From NCBI RefSeq assembly GCF_030684315.1, contig NC_081371.1, forward strand, positions 31,119,440 through 31,183,439: a stretch of DNA of 64,000 nt. The letters are read 5' to 3'. A model generated the notes under the pieces. That model was not told the origin of the DNA. It saw only the letters and a program-made list of their open reading frames with translations, and did no database searches. This document shows, piece after piece, positions 43,001 through 58,000 of the stretch. The first letter of the stretch is position 1. The number at the start of each line of letters is the position of its first letter. The DNA is from Stegostoma tigrinum (taxonomy: Eukaryota). The position numbers and the translations under genes are program-made.

Positions 43001-46000
43001 GCACAGCTATAACAAGACTAACATTTTTAAACTCCAACCCTCTAGAAATGAAGGCCAAAATTCCACTCACCTTCCTAATTATTTGCAGCAACTGCATGCT
43101 AATGTTTTGTCTTTCACAGACAAAAACGTCCAGATCCCTCGGTGTCGTGCTTTATTGGAGTCTCTCTCCAATTAAATCATAGTGTGCCTTTTGATTCTTC
43201 CTACCATAGTGCATGGCCTCACATTTTCCCACATTAAACACCATCTGAAGTTTTGCCCCTTGTTTAACCTATCTCTATCCCTTGCAAACTTATGTCCTTG
43301 TAAAGAGGAAAAGTGCAGATCAGTCATGATCTAATTGAATGAACAGACGTATAGGATTGAATGCCCTACTCCTTGTTCCTTGTGCTGGTTTCTTCCTTCC
43401 TTCCTCCGTTCCTTTGGGAGGTAGCTGGATTCTTCTGTGAGACATGATGGAAAAATGATGGGCACAAAATGTGTCTAATTGTCTTGATACAGAATAATTT
43501 TCTACCTCAAAATGCACTCTGTTGAGGTCGGGTATTACTGGCAAAATATCGCTCTCGAATTATTAAAAAATTTCAATAAAGAATAAAAAAGCATCATTTA
43601 CCTTTAGGATTTGTCCCTCACTATCTAAAACATACATGGTAACATCTACATTCCTGGCCACACTCTTGCCTCCTTTCTCAAATTCTCCTCTCTCCAGTGT
43701 TACGTACAAGTCATTTCTGATATCACCTGGGTAAATTAAACAAAACATGCATTAGGAAATACACTTTATTAAGGAGTTAATTAAAACTTTGAAAAAAGGT
43801 GCACTTTTTTTGAACATTGAATAAGTTTTCCTTTATTTTTTAACCTTGCACCAGGGTGTCACAAAACCATGCATCAACAGGCAAGAGGCAAGCGGTCAGT
43901 CTGCTCTGAGGTTGTGGTTAGGTGGGTCTAAATACTGCTGGGATAACTGTGCTTCCAACTTTTTCTCTCCTGGTTCTGGAAATCTTGCATTTAGTTTGAC
44001 AGTTCATTACGAAGCAGGGATCAGAAACTCATCGGAGGTGGGAAAAACCAAAACTGTCGCTCAAGATCAAGATGCCAATGTTAAAGCTGTCCCATTGCAA
44101 ACATGGGAACGGAGAACACTTTACTTAAAAGACCAAAGCATAGCTTTGGTAAAACTTTATGGAAATAAAACAAATTATGAGTATTGTACCTCCCAGCCCA
44201 GTGTTGCTTAACGGTTGCAACATGTGCAGATGACAGGGTAAGAAGTGGGAAGTTGGATATGTTAATAGATCTTTGAAAACTGGCATGGTCTTGGGAGCTG
44301 GATTATTTGTGTTATGTATATTGTGTTACTTATTTGTTTCATGTTATATAACGTCAAGCATTAACCTAGGCAACAGCTCCAGAAGCAGCAGGAGTCCTCC
44401 ATACCCTTATAAATAGAATGTTCTCTATTTCCAAATCAGTAGGATATTTCATCGTCACGAATCATATAAATTTCCAGTATTTAAACATTTAATTGCATAA
44501 TGATCTCTCCATAGCTGTGTATCTCTTTCTGCTTCAATAGTTATCCAATGTTCCCTTAAATAAAGCCATCCTCCCAATTTCACTATTCCAGGGGTTAAAA
44601 GACTGGCATGCTTCAACTTGGGAGAGATTTCTCCTAACCCCTCTCCTCCTCAGGTCAGGTTAATAGCCCCAGGGGAATGAAATTTCTTTCAGGAAGCACT
44701 ATTTCATGACTATAACCTATAGCTTCTTCAATTACATCAACATCTGTCTCTATCTTTCTCTGTTCCAATGAAAAGACTCATCATTTTTCAAGGTTTTCTC
44801 CATAACCATGGATTCACAATCAGTAGCGAATGGTCTCAAAAGCTTTAATGTACTTTATGCAATAGGGTGGCCAAACTGCACATAATATTTAAATAGGGGT
44901 GTAACCAACATATTAATAAATACACAATTACAAGTTCACTTTTGTAGTTTTATACTCCCACAAGTAAAACTTCATTGGCCTGACATTTGAATCCCTGGGT
45001 CTCTATCCATCGGAACCCTCAGTTTCTTTTTATTAATTGCGCAACATCAGTTACTTCACTATAATTCCTTGAACAAAAAAAGTGGAATGCTTCTTTGCTA
45101 TTAGACTAAAAAGAAATCAATCTGGAAAGCAGTACTGGTGCATTGTAAAAAATAATCCCCACTTTGGCTATCACTGTCCTCACTTGACAATTTTCTATTT
45201 GGATTTGCTCTTCTGCAGGAGTGGGGTCCCTGCTGATTTTTCACACTTCCATGTAGTGCTGAAGTGCTTTGTAGAAGCTCTGTTGTTGTCTCCAATGAAA
45301 TCATTAAGTCAGTACAAAGCTCCATTCCTTCCTGCTCTCTACAGGCCATGTTGTAGTTTATTTGTTCATTAAGCTTTGAGTGAACTTGCCTTCAGAGAAT
45401 TTCATTCTCATTGTTATCATGCAAAATTACAAGGATAGCATTATCGAAGGGAGAAGTATTCTCACTGCACTCCCACATATAAAATATGTCCAAATAGTGT
45501 TTTCATGTAAAACCGCCTACACATTTGTTGTGATAATGAGAACTTGCTGCCCTCTACTGGTAGAACTTGTTTTCTTCTTGAGAATAAATGTAAGCATCAT
45601 CAGTTGTGTTCAGATCAATTTAATTCCAAAATGGGCATAGCATCTAAACGTTAAAAAAAAGACTGTAACAGGTCATATCTTTTTCACGAGAATTGCTTGC
45701 GTTCATTGAAGGAGACCTTCAGCCAGTCAGCAACTACTCTAGTAATGAAGCTATTTATGAGTACCTCCAAGAAAATCCTCCAGATTGACATCCAATCTGG
45801 ATCATTCAGGCTGTGATAATGGGAACTGCAGATGCTGGAGAATCCAATATAATAAAGTGTGAAGCTGGATGAACACAGCAGGTCAATCAGCATCTCAGCA
45901 GCCAGGCCTGCTGTGTTCATCCAGCTTCACACTTTGTTACCTTGGATCATTCAGGCTGCCTATCGAGACCCACTGCAATCACTGTAACTTTGTGGCTGCA

Positions 46001-49000
46001 ATTCCATACTAATGTGATAATTGGTCTGGTCAGAAACGTAACTGATGCTCAATACCCGAAAGGTCATATGGAGAAAATGTAATACCAGAAATCTGCCTAA
46101 GTGTAAAACAGATTTTGCTTTCTATTTCTTTTCAGAAACATCTAATTGGGGAAGATGTTGCATTGTAAGTTTTCACCCAGCTTAAATGATGAACACGCAC
46201 GATGCAAGTTGGAGCTACTTCTAAATTCCAACCACTGTTGGGTGTTATTCGCCTACTTAGAAGATTTACCCAGAGCCAACCATTTATACAGTATATAGTC
46301 AGAAAGTCACATAGCATGGAAAAAGACCCTTCAGTCCGATCAGTCCATACCGAACATAATCCCAAACTAAGCCAGTCCCATCTTCCTGTTCCTGGTCCAT
46401 ATTCCTCCAAACCTTTGCTATTCATGTACTTTTGAATGTTGTAATTGTACCCACATCCATCAATTCCTCAGAAAGTTCATTCCACACGTGCACCATGCTG
46501 TGTAAAAAATTTGCCTCATGTCTTTTCTAAATCTCTCTCCTCTCACTGTAAAAATGTGCCTCCTATTATTGAAATCCCCCATTCTAGGGAAAAGACAACT
46601 ACCATTAATTATAACTAAACCTCTCATAATACTTCCATCAGGTCACCTCTCAACCTCCTACACTCTGATGAAAAAAAGTCCCAGCCTATTCAGCTTTTCT
46701 TTACTGCTCAAACCTTCCATACCGAACAACATCCCAATAATTTTCTTCCAAACCCTCTCCAGCTGGACAATATCCTTCCAATAACTGGGTGGCCAAATCT
46801 GGACACAATTTTCCAGAAGAGGCCTCACCAATGTCCTGTACAACCTCAACATGGCTTCCCAACTCCTACACTCAAAGGACTGAGCAATGAAGACAAGCAT
46901 GTCAAATGCCTTTTTAACCACCCTGTCCACATATGATGTAAACTTCAAAGAAATATGTACCTGCACCCCTAGGCCCCACTGTTCTACACCCCCAAGGCCC
47001 TACCATTAATTGTATGAACCCTACCCTTGTTTGTCGTACCAAAATGCAATATCTCACAATTATCCAGATTGAATTCCATCTATCATTTTTCAGCCCAATG
47101 ACCCATTTGATCAAGATCCCTTTGTAATCTTAGAAAACCTTTGCTGTCTACAATGCCTCCAATTTTGGTGTCCTCCACAAACTTACTAACTGTGCCTTCT
47201 ATATTGTCATCCAAATAATTTATATAAATTGCAAACAAAAAAGGACCCAGAAACAATTTCCTGGGACACTGCTGGTAACAGGCTTCCAGTCCAAAAAAGG
47301 AACCCTCCACCATTACTGACTCCTGTGGTTAAACCAATTATGGATCCAATTTGCAAACTCACCCTGAACCCCATGTGAATTAACTTTACTAATTAGCCTA
47401 CCATGCAAAATCAAATAAACAACATCTACCGCTCCGCCTTTAACAATCCTTTTGGTAACTTCCACAAAAAAACTCAACCAAGTTGGTGAGACAAGATTTT
47501 TCTCACGCACAACCATGCTGATTATCCCTAATCAATTTTTGCCTCTCTCAATGCCATAAATCCTACATTTTATAATCACCTCCAAATCACCCACAACCAA
47601 AGACAGACTCTCAGGTCTATAATTCCCCAGTTTCTCCTTACAACCTTTGCCACCCTTCAGTTATCAGGCACCTCACCTGTGGTTATAGATAATGGAAATA
47701 TTTCTGCAAAGGGGTCTCGTAATATCCTCCCTTATTCCCTACAATGTTCTGGAATACATTAGATCAGGTCCCAGAGATTTATCCACCTTTATGTTCTCTA
47801 AGATCTCCCGAACCTCCTCTTCTGCAATGTGAACTGTTTTTGAAATATCAAAGTTTATTTCTCTGCATTCTCTAGACTCCATTTCTTTCTCCACAACAAA
47901 CACTGATGCAAAATATTCATTTAGTATCTCTCCCATCTCCTGATGTTGAAGGGAAGCAAATCCATCAGCAGGATAGCTGCTGAGTGCAGCTGTAGGCCTG
48001 CAATTCATGCAAGAAGTTGAGTGTAAATTTCTGATCTTCTCAGGCCAGCCTCAAGGCAGTTGCCTCCTCCTGGATTTGGCTCTCAGTGCATGAACCACTT
48101 GCCATTGGAAAGATCCTGGCAAAGATGCAACCAGTCCACAGTCGAGGAATTAATTCTGCAGATTGGCTACCTGTCGTTGCCACATGAGAGCTCTGATCAT
48201 GACCAACCTTTGGGAAAATCATCCAAATGTGAGAACCTATTGGACCACTGACAATGCTTGCATCTCCTGTCCTACCTTCAAGCCCTCCCCACAGGAACCT
48301 GAAGGTCTATTTTAAACTTCCTCAGAACAAAATGAAACATGACTTCCTTATACCCCTAAACGGATGTGGAAATGTTTTCACAATCCTGAAAAGATTCAGA
48401 ACGTTGAATACCTCCTCCACTTTTTTAGTCTACTATTCTTACTGCAGGATGTACTAACCACAAGACTAGTTTTCTAATCTCAGTTTAAAATTAGAAAATG
48501 CAAATTTTACTGCAATATCGTGAGGTGCATATAGCCTTTCACAACAGCAGTATTACTTAAAAGATGAGGTAGAAAACACGAATTACCATTGAACGAGAGG
48601 TGGATTATCACTTTCAGCTGACATGCAAAAGCAACGGTCTATTTAGCTGGACAGACAGATGTACAAAATCCCATGGCATTAGTCAAACAAGGGCAGTGAG
48701 TTCTCTCAGTCTGCAGAATTTGAAAGCAAGTCAACTGGGATTAAAGAAGGTTCTGTTTGAGTGTTTCATGCTTCTTTCTGAATTCTTGGTTCATCTATTC
48801 CTTCACATGGTTTTGCAACCGCATCTCATATAGTTACTAATCTACACCATTTTAAAGATTCATTTCCTATGACTAAATGCTCAATAAGTTTATTTAGGTT
48901 AACTTATTTTCAAAAGTCTTGTTAATTTTCCAATTAAAGTCATGTTCTATATATCCTCATTTTTTATATATTACGTAGATGTGACCTAAGCTTTCCCTCT

Positions 49001-52000
49001 ACCTATTTGCACGTTTTGGCTATTGTTCCAGACCTGAGTCCATCACTCACTTCAAGATAGTAAAAACTGCAGGTGCTGGAGAGGTGGAGGAACACAACAG
49101 ACCAGGCAGCAGCAGAGAAGCGGGAAAGTTGACATTGGTTATCCTCGTCTCTCCCTCTTATCCCCGCCTCCTTGACCAGAGGCACCCTGTCCATCTTCTC
49201 TCTCACCCATCCACTTCTCCCATGCCACTTACTAATCCCCACCACTGCCTACCTGCACTTACCTATCACCATCCCACCTACCTTCCCCTGCTCCTCCCTC
49301 CTCTCTTTATGTCGGAGCCCTCTTCCCCCTCCCTCATTTCTGAAGAAGGGTCCCTACCCGAAACAACAACTTTCCCACTCTTCTGGTGCTGCCTGCCCTG
49401 CTGTGTTCCTCCAGCTCCAAACAGTGTTATCCCCATCACTCACTTTTTGTCTTTCTTCTTTTCTGTTTAGTCTTTCTAGACATTTTTCTATTGCTCTTTT
49501 TTTTTCTATCCTTCCACTCCTGCACTTTTTGGTACTCAACCCTCCCAATTCCCTGACCCTACCCTTTTGTGCACCTTAACTTTCCCTCTCTGTTGCCAAT
49601 AGCTTCCATCCCTTGGCATCTTTTGATGTGCTCTTCTGGCATTTAGCACTGGCCCATTAGAAGCAGCAACTCTAAATGCTCCGTTCTACTCTCCTCTTCT
49701 TCTCTCTCAGTGTATTCACTGGCAGTCAATCTTGCCAATCTTCTTCCAATTCAACTCATCCCTCGTAATGAATCTCTTAGCTGCTGTGTGAAATGGTATA
49801 GCAAGCCACTTAGTTGTATTAATCCGCTAAAAGGAACAAAACACAACATTGACCTAGGCATTGGAAAAGGCAATAGTAAACTTAATTCTGTCAATCCTGC
49901 AAGGTTTTCCTCACTAATGCTTGGGGGCTAGTGTCAAAATTGGGTGAACTATCTCACAGACTAGTCAAGCAATATCCTAACACTGCAGAACAAAATCCTG
50001 AGTATAACTACATCCCAGACACGAGTGTCATCATCCCTGGGTACGTCCTGTCCCACTCACAGGGCAGATTCATTTTAATCCAGTCAATTATCACCCATCA
50101 GACTACTCTTGAATATCAACCAAAAAATGGCAAAATAAGTCATTAACAGTGGTATCAAGGAGCCGAGCAATAACATGTGTACTGATGTTCAGTTTGGGTT
50201 CTGCCTGAGCCACTCACCATCAGTTCAAATAAGGTCAACCCAAGAGATGAACTGCAGCGTAGAGTGGAGAGTGATTGCCCTTAACATCAAGGCAGCATTT
50301 GACCAAGTGTGACATCAAGAAGCCCTATAAAAACTGGAATCAATAGAAATCAGGGGGAATTGGAGTCATACCTGACAACAATCAAAGATGGTTATGGTTG
50401 TTAGCAGTCAGTCATTTTAGATCCAGTCATCCTTGCAGCAGCACCTCAGAGTAATGTCCTAGACCCAAAAATCTTCAGCTGTTTCATCAAAGACCTTCCC
50501 TCCATCGCAAGTGGGGAACTTAACTTACGATCACGCTACTTCAGCATTTATGCAACATTTAAGCAATGCTTACATCCAAAGAAACCTCTGCCCAAATGCA
50601 GCAAGACTCAGACAATATCCAGTTTTAGGATGACTAGTGGCAACTGACAACTTCCACAAAGTGTCAGGCGATGACGATGTCCAATGGGAGAAACTAACCA
50701 TTGCCCTTTGATATTCAATGGCATTATCCACACTGATCCCACGCTAACTAATCCTGGGGGTTACTATTGACCAGAAACTGACCTGGATTCACTACATAAA
50801 TATAATAGTTGCAACAGCAGATTGGAAGCTTAGAATCTCAGTGAGCAACTTACTGCATGACTCTCCAAACAACATTCCCTCTTAGCTGCACATGTGCATG
50901 CAGCCACTCTCGATGTTCCATGCACGGCAATTGGCATTGGCACGCCAATCATGGCAATGACTTCTGGCCCCACAAGTCACTGCCATTCACAGGCCTTAAA
51001 AGGTCCTTGCAGCTGCTAAGAGAATTAGAAGGAACATTGTGTCTGAGGACTGCACTACATCTACTAGGCACAAATCAGAATGGTAATGGAATATTCACCA
51101 GTTGCCTGCAGCTCCAACACTGAACAAACTTGACAACATCAAGAGCAAAGTAATCTGTTTAATTGGCACCGCATTCACAAACATTTACTCTCTTCACAAC
51201 TGATGCACAAGAATGGCAATATGTACCACTTTCAACTTGAACTGCACAAATTCACCAAAGCTACTGAGACAGCACCTTACAAAGCTATTACCATCTAGAA
51301 GGGCAGAGCAGCAGATCCTTGGGAAAGCTGCCACATGCAAGTTCCTCTCCAGGTTCCCTCTCACTTTTACTTGGAACTGCTGCGGCTGGGTTAAATCCTG
51401 GAACTATCTTCATCACAGCACCGTGATATAGTGAAACTGCAGTGATTCAATAGGTACCATCTTCTCAAAGATAAATAGGGATGTACAATAAAGTAAACCC
51501 AGCCAGTGAAGCCCACAGCCCATGAATAAGGGCAGCACGGTGGCTCAGCGGTTAGTACTGCTGCCTCACAGCACCAGAGACCTGGGTTCAATTCCACCCT
51601 CAGGCGGCTGTCTCTGTGGAGTTTGCACATTTTCCCAGTGTCTGTGTGGGTTTCTGCCAGGTGTTTTGGTTTCCTTCCACAGTCCAAAGATATGCAGTTT
51701 AGGTGGACTGGCCATGCTAAACTGTCCGTAGTGTTCAGGGTGTGTAGGTTAGATGGATAAGCTAAAGGAAATGTAGGATTAAAGGGAAAGGGTGGAATAC
51801 TCTTCGGAGGGGCAGTGTGGACTTGTTGGGCCGAATGACCTGTTTCCACACTGTTGGGGTTCTATAATATGAAGGACCGTGCCCTAACTAAGGATCTCAA
51901 CTAGTGTGAGAGGAGGCTTCACCTGAATGAGGTTAATTCTGGCAAAGTGGGAAAAAGAGGCCCTTCGCATAAGGTTTACCACAAGAAATAAAGTCTTTAA

Positions 52001-55000
52001 AGCAAGACGTGTGGAAGAGGATAGAAGGCACTGATTCAGAGGATTATCTTCAATGAGACTGGCAGCAGAGTGGTGATAAATGGTGTCATGAACCAAAACA
52101 TGATGCAAGTGAAGGGAAAGCAGCTGATTGTTGAATAGGATTGGCAAATATTTCTAGTCTTTGAAGTACAGTCTTCCGTTTGTATTTATATCTTTAGTTA
52201 TTTTGTCTCCCTCCCTTCTTAAAAGTACCTTCAGTATAAAATTGATACTACTGTTTGGAAAATATAATTACAACAAAATGTAAAGAGCAGAACTTCTTGT
52301 GTAATTAATACATTAAATAAAATACAATATTGATGGCAGGATGTGTGATATGTTCCTGCAGATGCATGTTGGAGCTGATGGACACTTAGGTAGAATTATT
52401 TACCACAGAGAGTTTTATAAGCTGCATCTTTAAGTAGATTCAAGGCTGACATAGATGGGATATTTAATCAGTAAGGGAATCATGACAGGGAACAGACAAG
52501 AAAGTGGAGCTGAGGACTATGTTAGAACCCTCACTGATTTTTCATGATTTTTACATTTTTATTATTTTATCAATTTTGGTTTGGAGTTGTGAACTGGGAA
52601 CTGTGAGCTATAAATGCCTTGTGGACTTTAGGGTAGCTTGTCATAAAAGGAAAACTACAGACCAAACAAGCTTTGCTAGATGGTGAGGCCAGGCCTGGAG
52701 GTTAATTGTAGACTAATTCTTGATTAAAGCTGTTCCAACAGATACCATGAGCCCAGGAAGGGAATTGTGTTTAAACAGCTAGCAGAAGTTGGCTATTAAT
52801 GAGGTCCGCACCTGGGAATTGGTTCCGGCAATTCTGGAAGAGACCCTGTGTTCAAGCGGATAGCAGTCATTGAATGATAATTGAGGCCATGGGAAGAGAT
52901 GATCAGTTTATCAGAGTGGAACCGGAAATGAAGTTTTATTTTGAAACTTTATTTTCTGGGAGACATCATGAAGATTTGAAAACTCTGCCTAATCTGCTAG
53001 ACAAGCTTCCAGAAGCCCAAACAGTAGAAAGGTGAGGAAGAAATATTGTTGCCTTTGCCTGGATGAACTGAGAAGATGACCCTGATCAATGTTACAGAAA
53101 AGCAAATCAATGAGTCCACACCTATGCTTCTGAAAAAATAACAAACATACTGTAAAAGCCATTTCAGTAATCTGGAAAGATGATATATTTTCATTTATTT
53201 GACCCTTAACTGTGTTTATTTGTCTCGGGGTTGAAAATAAATGTTATGGGCTTAAAGCATAAACAAAACCGGTGTCTGGAATTAATTAATTATCAAGTCC
53301 AAGGTTGATTATTTGAAAATCTGGTTAGGAACCACTGACATAATTATTGGGGGCCTTCAACCGTTTAATTTTACTGGTTGTGAGTACAGAGGTAGAGAGG
53401 CTGACTTGGATCAACTGTGAGGCTACTTACCATGACAATCAAATCAGATCAGATCAGCCAGGACTTCCTTCGTTGTCAGAGCTGACCAGACGTGCTGAAT
53501 GGCATGCTTCAGCTCGTAGGTTTTGTGGAATGAATATAAAAACAACTTGCAGCCTGCTTGTCTGACATTCAATACTGGATGAGCAGAAACTTCCTCTGCT
53601 TTAAATACGGGAAAAGTCAGTGTCTTTGGTCCTTGTTACCAACTCAACTCTCTCCCTGGCAACAGTCGGAATTATGCCAATCTTTCTAAAACCTTGGAAT
53701 CACATAATACCAAGAAGAGCTTGATCTCATCCTTGCCATCTCTGAGACCCACCGAATTCCATTCCTCAACATGAACTGATTTTGTCCTCATCTGCTGCTG
53801 AAACCTTCAATCATACCTTTAGAACCCTGAGATTTGACAATTCCAATGCCCGTTCGGCTCATCTCAAGTATTCTACCTTCATAAATGAGATTGTCAAAAA
53901 CTCTGCATGTGATGTCAAGCAGGCCCTGTTCCCCTTGGCTGATAGAGTATAGCGGGAAAAATGTGACGTTGTTCAATTTAGAGTATTATTTAAATGAAGA
54001 AAAACTGCAGAAAGCTGCAACACAAAAGGTATTTAGGGGTACTTACACATGAAACACAGAAAGCTAGCGTACGGGTGCAGCAAGTAATCAGGAAGGCTAA
54101 TGGGATGTTGGCTGAAGTACAACAGCAGGGAAGTCTTAAACAAGGTGCTAGTGAGGCCAGATCTTGAGTATCATAAGTAATTTTGTTCCCCTAATTTAAG
54201 GGAAGATATCAGAAGCAGGTTCACGTGGATGATTTGTGATACGGAGGGGATTTTTTTTAGTGAGCAAAGGTTAAACGGGTTGTGACTCTAGTAACTGGAG
54301 TTTAGAATGATGAGAAGTGCTCTCATAGAAATGTATAGGATTCTTAAGGGACTTGAGCAGAGTAAATGCTGAAAGGATGCTTCCCTTCATGGGACAGTCG
54401 AGGACTAGAGGGCTTAGTCTCAGAATAAGGGGTGCCAACTTAAGACTGAGATGCAGAGGAATTTCTTCTCTCAGAGGGTTGAGTGTCTTTCGAAGTCCTT
54501 CCCAGAGAACTGTGGGGACAGGGTTGTGTACATTTAAGGCTGAAATAGATAAATTTTTGATCAGTCGAGGGAATCAAAGATTACACGGAAAACACAGCAA
54601 AGTGGATATTAGGGATGTCAGCTCAGCCATGATCGTATTGAATGGTGGGGCAGGCTCAAGGGACCTATCTGGCTAATCCTATTTCTTATGGACTTGTAAC
54701 ACTGTTAATTGGAATGTCCTATTTACTTACTGGTGCCAAATAAATAAGTTATTATTATTGGTTTCTCTGATGGAAGAGATAAGCAGAAATAACCAAAGCT
54801 TTACACATTCACAATTTGTAACATAAAATAAAATCCAGTCCTTTTATTAAGTGAGTGCTACAGTATTTGTGAAGTATGATGACAAAAATACACAATGCTA
54901 TTAAACGCAACAAAATATGAGGAAACAAATAAAGGAAATATTACCTAATATAAATAGCGCATGCTGTCACTCAATAAATTAAAAATTTATTCCTTTAAAA

Positions 55001-58000
55001 TGTGTGCCATTCACAAGCTACTGACAAATCTAGCACATTGATGGATAATGACACTGCAAGTAAATGAACAAGATTTTATTATTTAATTTACAAGCCAGAT
55101 ATAAAACAAAAGCCATATTGCAGAGGTTTTGAAAGCAGGAGGTCCGTATCTGTTATGAGTACAAATAGTATGATGTCAATAGACCAGGATCTGTCAACAC
55201 TGGACCCTCATTAAAGATATTGATGCCAAATATGCTGCACTAAAATAAAACGCTTTTGTTTAAGTTGCAGATTATTATTGTTTATTTAATTCTGTAATAT
55301 AACATAAAAGATACAAAATCAACTTTGCGTTATAAGAAGTTCCAATTCTGTTTAGTTTACAAAAAAAACTGAAAAGAAAGAACATGTATTATTAATATTA
55401 CTTGGTATTAGTAGTAACACAACAAACACTATTTGGCATTTTAATTGCCCACTGCTAACAGTTCTATCTTCAACAGCCCGATCCCTGATCTGGACTTTTG
55501 TCCCTAAACCTTTCCATCTTTTTGTTCTGCTTTCAAAGCCTACTGCTTCTTGTGGCGATCTGTTCTTATGTCTTCATATGGCTTACATCTCCACATGATT
55601 TAATGTGATCAAGCAAAATTTGACTGTGACATTTTACTACTAAAGGGCTCTATCAGAAAGTTTTCCTAAAATCAGATGCAACGTACTATTTTCTCTCTTC
55701 CAAAGACAGTATCATCCCATGAAGATACATTATAGGCAAATGAAAATAGTTTGATAAATGGGGGAGCGATACATGCCCATAGGGACAATGCAGAACACGA
55801 AAGCCAAAAATATCTGAAATTATATCTGTAACAGAAACCCCATAAAATTGTCACAGCTACTTTAGTTAATGCAATTGTGATTTCTTGACTTAAATACAAC
55901 ATATAAATTCCAATAACTGAAGAAAAAGACTACAGACTAATGGGATGATTGGCCCTGGATTCCCCTCTACCAATGGCCAAAAGGGATAAATGTACACATA
56001 AAACTAAAGTCATTAAAGAATGAAACAGCTAAAAACAGGATTAATATTTTTATTGCAGAAACTACAACCTTTGGTCCTCTGTAGATTGGTAGCATGAGAC
56101 AGATGGAGGAACTATTATTTGCTTTGAGGAAAATTAGGTCATCAGCAGATAATCATTTTCATGTAAGTGTTTTCCAATTAACTTTTGCTCAAAGAAATAA
56201 TTTAGGTTAAACTTAGTTATCTATTTTCTGCAGTTGTCACATGTGAATCAGTACAACAATTGAGGTAAGAGGCCAATGCTGAGCCATTAGAAATGTCAAT
56301 TCTTACAACATTGGCAGGCTTTCCCAAACTATGTTACTACCAATAATTTACTTTGAAAGGTCAGCGTCATCACTGTTGTTCTGTACACAACTGCAAAGCA
56401 GTACTTAAGGGTACAACATCTCCACAAATGTATTCCTCAATAGTCAACACAAGTACCAACGTGAGTAATATATTCGACAGTAACTTCCATTTATATAACA
56501 ACATCAAAAACTTTCCAAAGGGAGCTCACAGATGTATATCATAGAAAAATGGATGAATGCTGGAAGAGAGACACTAGGAAGGGTGGTCAAAAGTTTAACA
56601 ACAGAATGAAATCTAAGAAAACAGAGAGATGGGGAAATAGAAATTTGTGGAGGAATTTTCAGCGATGGTGGCCACTAATGGTGCAATGGAATGAGCAACA
56701 TATCCAGATTCAAAATGTAGTAGAATTTGGGCAATGAAGATATGGTTTACAAATAGGGAGGGACAAGGATAATGAAATGATTTAAACACAAAAAGGGGAA
56801 CAACAGTTTCATTTGTAATGCCTTCAACTCAGTAGTATGTCACAATGAATTTCTGAGTACTGTTCCCAAACAAAAATGGATGGAATATTTAACGTAGAGC
56901 CATTTCAGGAAGGATTCATGCACTTGGTCAAAGGAATAAGTTTCACAAAGCATTATAAAGGAATAAGTGGAGGAAGATGATGAACTGGAGAGGCAGAGAG
57001 GATTAAGACCCCTTGAACCGGCATTACTCATCCATAAGGTTCTGGCTGATCTTTGAACTTAATACCACTTTTCTGATCCATCCCTACATGCCTTAATTCC
57101 TTAGGCTCCGAAGATCTATAACTCAGCTCTGAATATAATTATCAATTGAGCAATCCGAATTAATTGTCCTCTTGTCCTGCGGACAATGCCCCAGAGTTCC
57201 AAAACACCCCTCAGAGAAACCAATTCTTAGCACTTACCTTTTCAGGCTTTCATGGGATCTTCTACGTATCAGTGAGATCACTATCACTTCTGATTCTTCT
57301 GAACTCCACACAAAATAAACCCAATGACCTAATTCTCTCATCACAGGACAACTCCCTCATCACATTCCAATGAACCTTTGATACTTCATCTCTTGTCCAA
57401 TTATATCCCTGTGTAAGCTCAGGGAGCAAAATGGTACGCGGTATTCCAGAAATAGCCTCACCAAAACATGGTTAGCAAAATTGGTTAGCACTGAACATAA
57501 CTGCTCCAGAATAAAATCTGCAAAGAGAGAACCTTTTTCCCTATGGAATTAAACTTTTGTTTGCTTCAGAGCTAAAGCCAAAGCAAAACTAATGGCTTAA
57601 TATGTTCACACTACCTGTCATAAAGTCAAAAGTACAAACATCATCTCCATTAAAACCACTGGAATCTACCAGGCACTTGACTACAGTCACATCTCTTCTT
57701 GGAACTGATGCAATTAGGTCTTTGTTCCAGAATGACTTTCTGACAACTTAAGAAAATCTCATAGCACAAACTCTTGTCATTGGACCTCTCTTTTTAAAAC
57801 AATGCAAATTCCAACAAAAAAAAATCATGGGCAAAGTACATTTTAAGATCACCAACATTCTGACAGGTCTGGTTCAATCTCAGACAGTGTGCCAGGAGTG
57901 GGCTAGAGTGGAGAATACAGAATGGAGTTTGTGGCATGGACAAAAGCAAATAATTTCAGTCCTTCCGATATTTAGCTGGAAGAAATTTTCAACCTGAGGA

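Noticed and set aside
51530-51605. tRNA-like A and B boxes (also at 9130, 16650 and 28210)
   Set aside because: These are SINE heads with no complete cloverleaf, not tRNA genes.
52590-53400. Possible LTR-like segment (also about 15000-15535)
   Set aside because: I could not define termini or a TSD.
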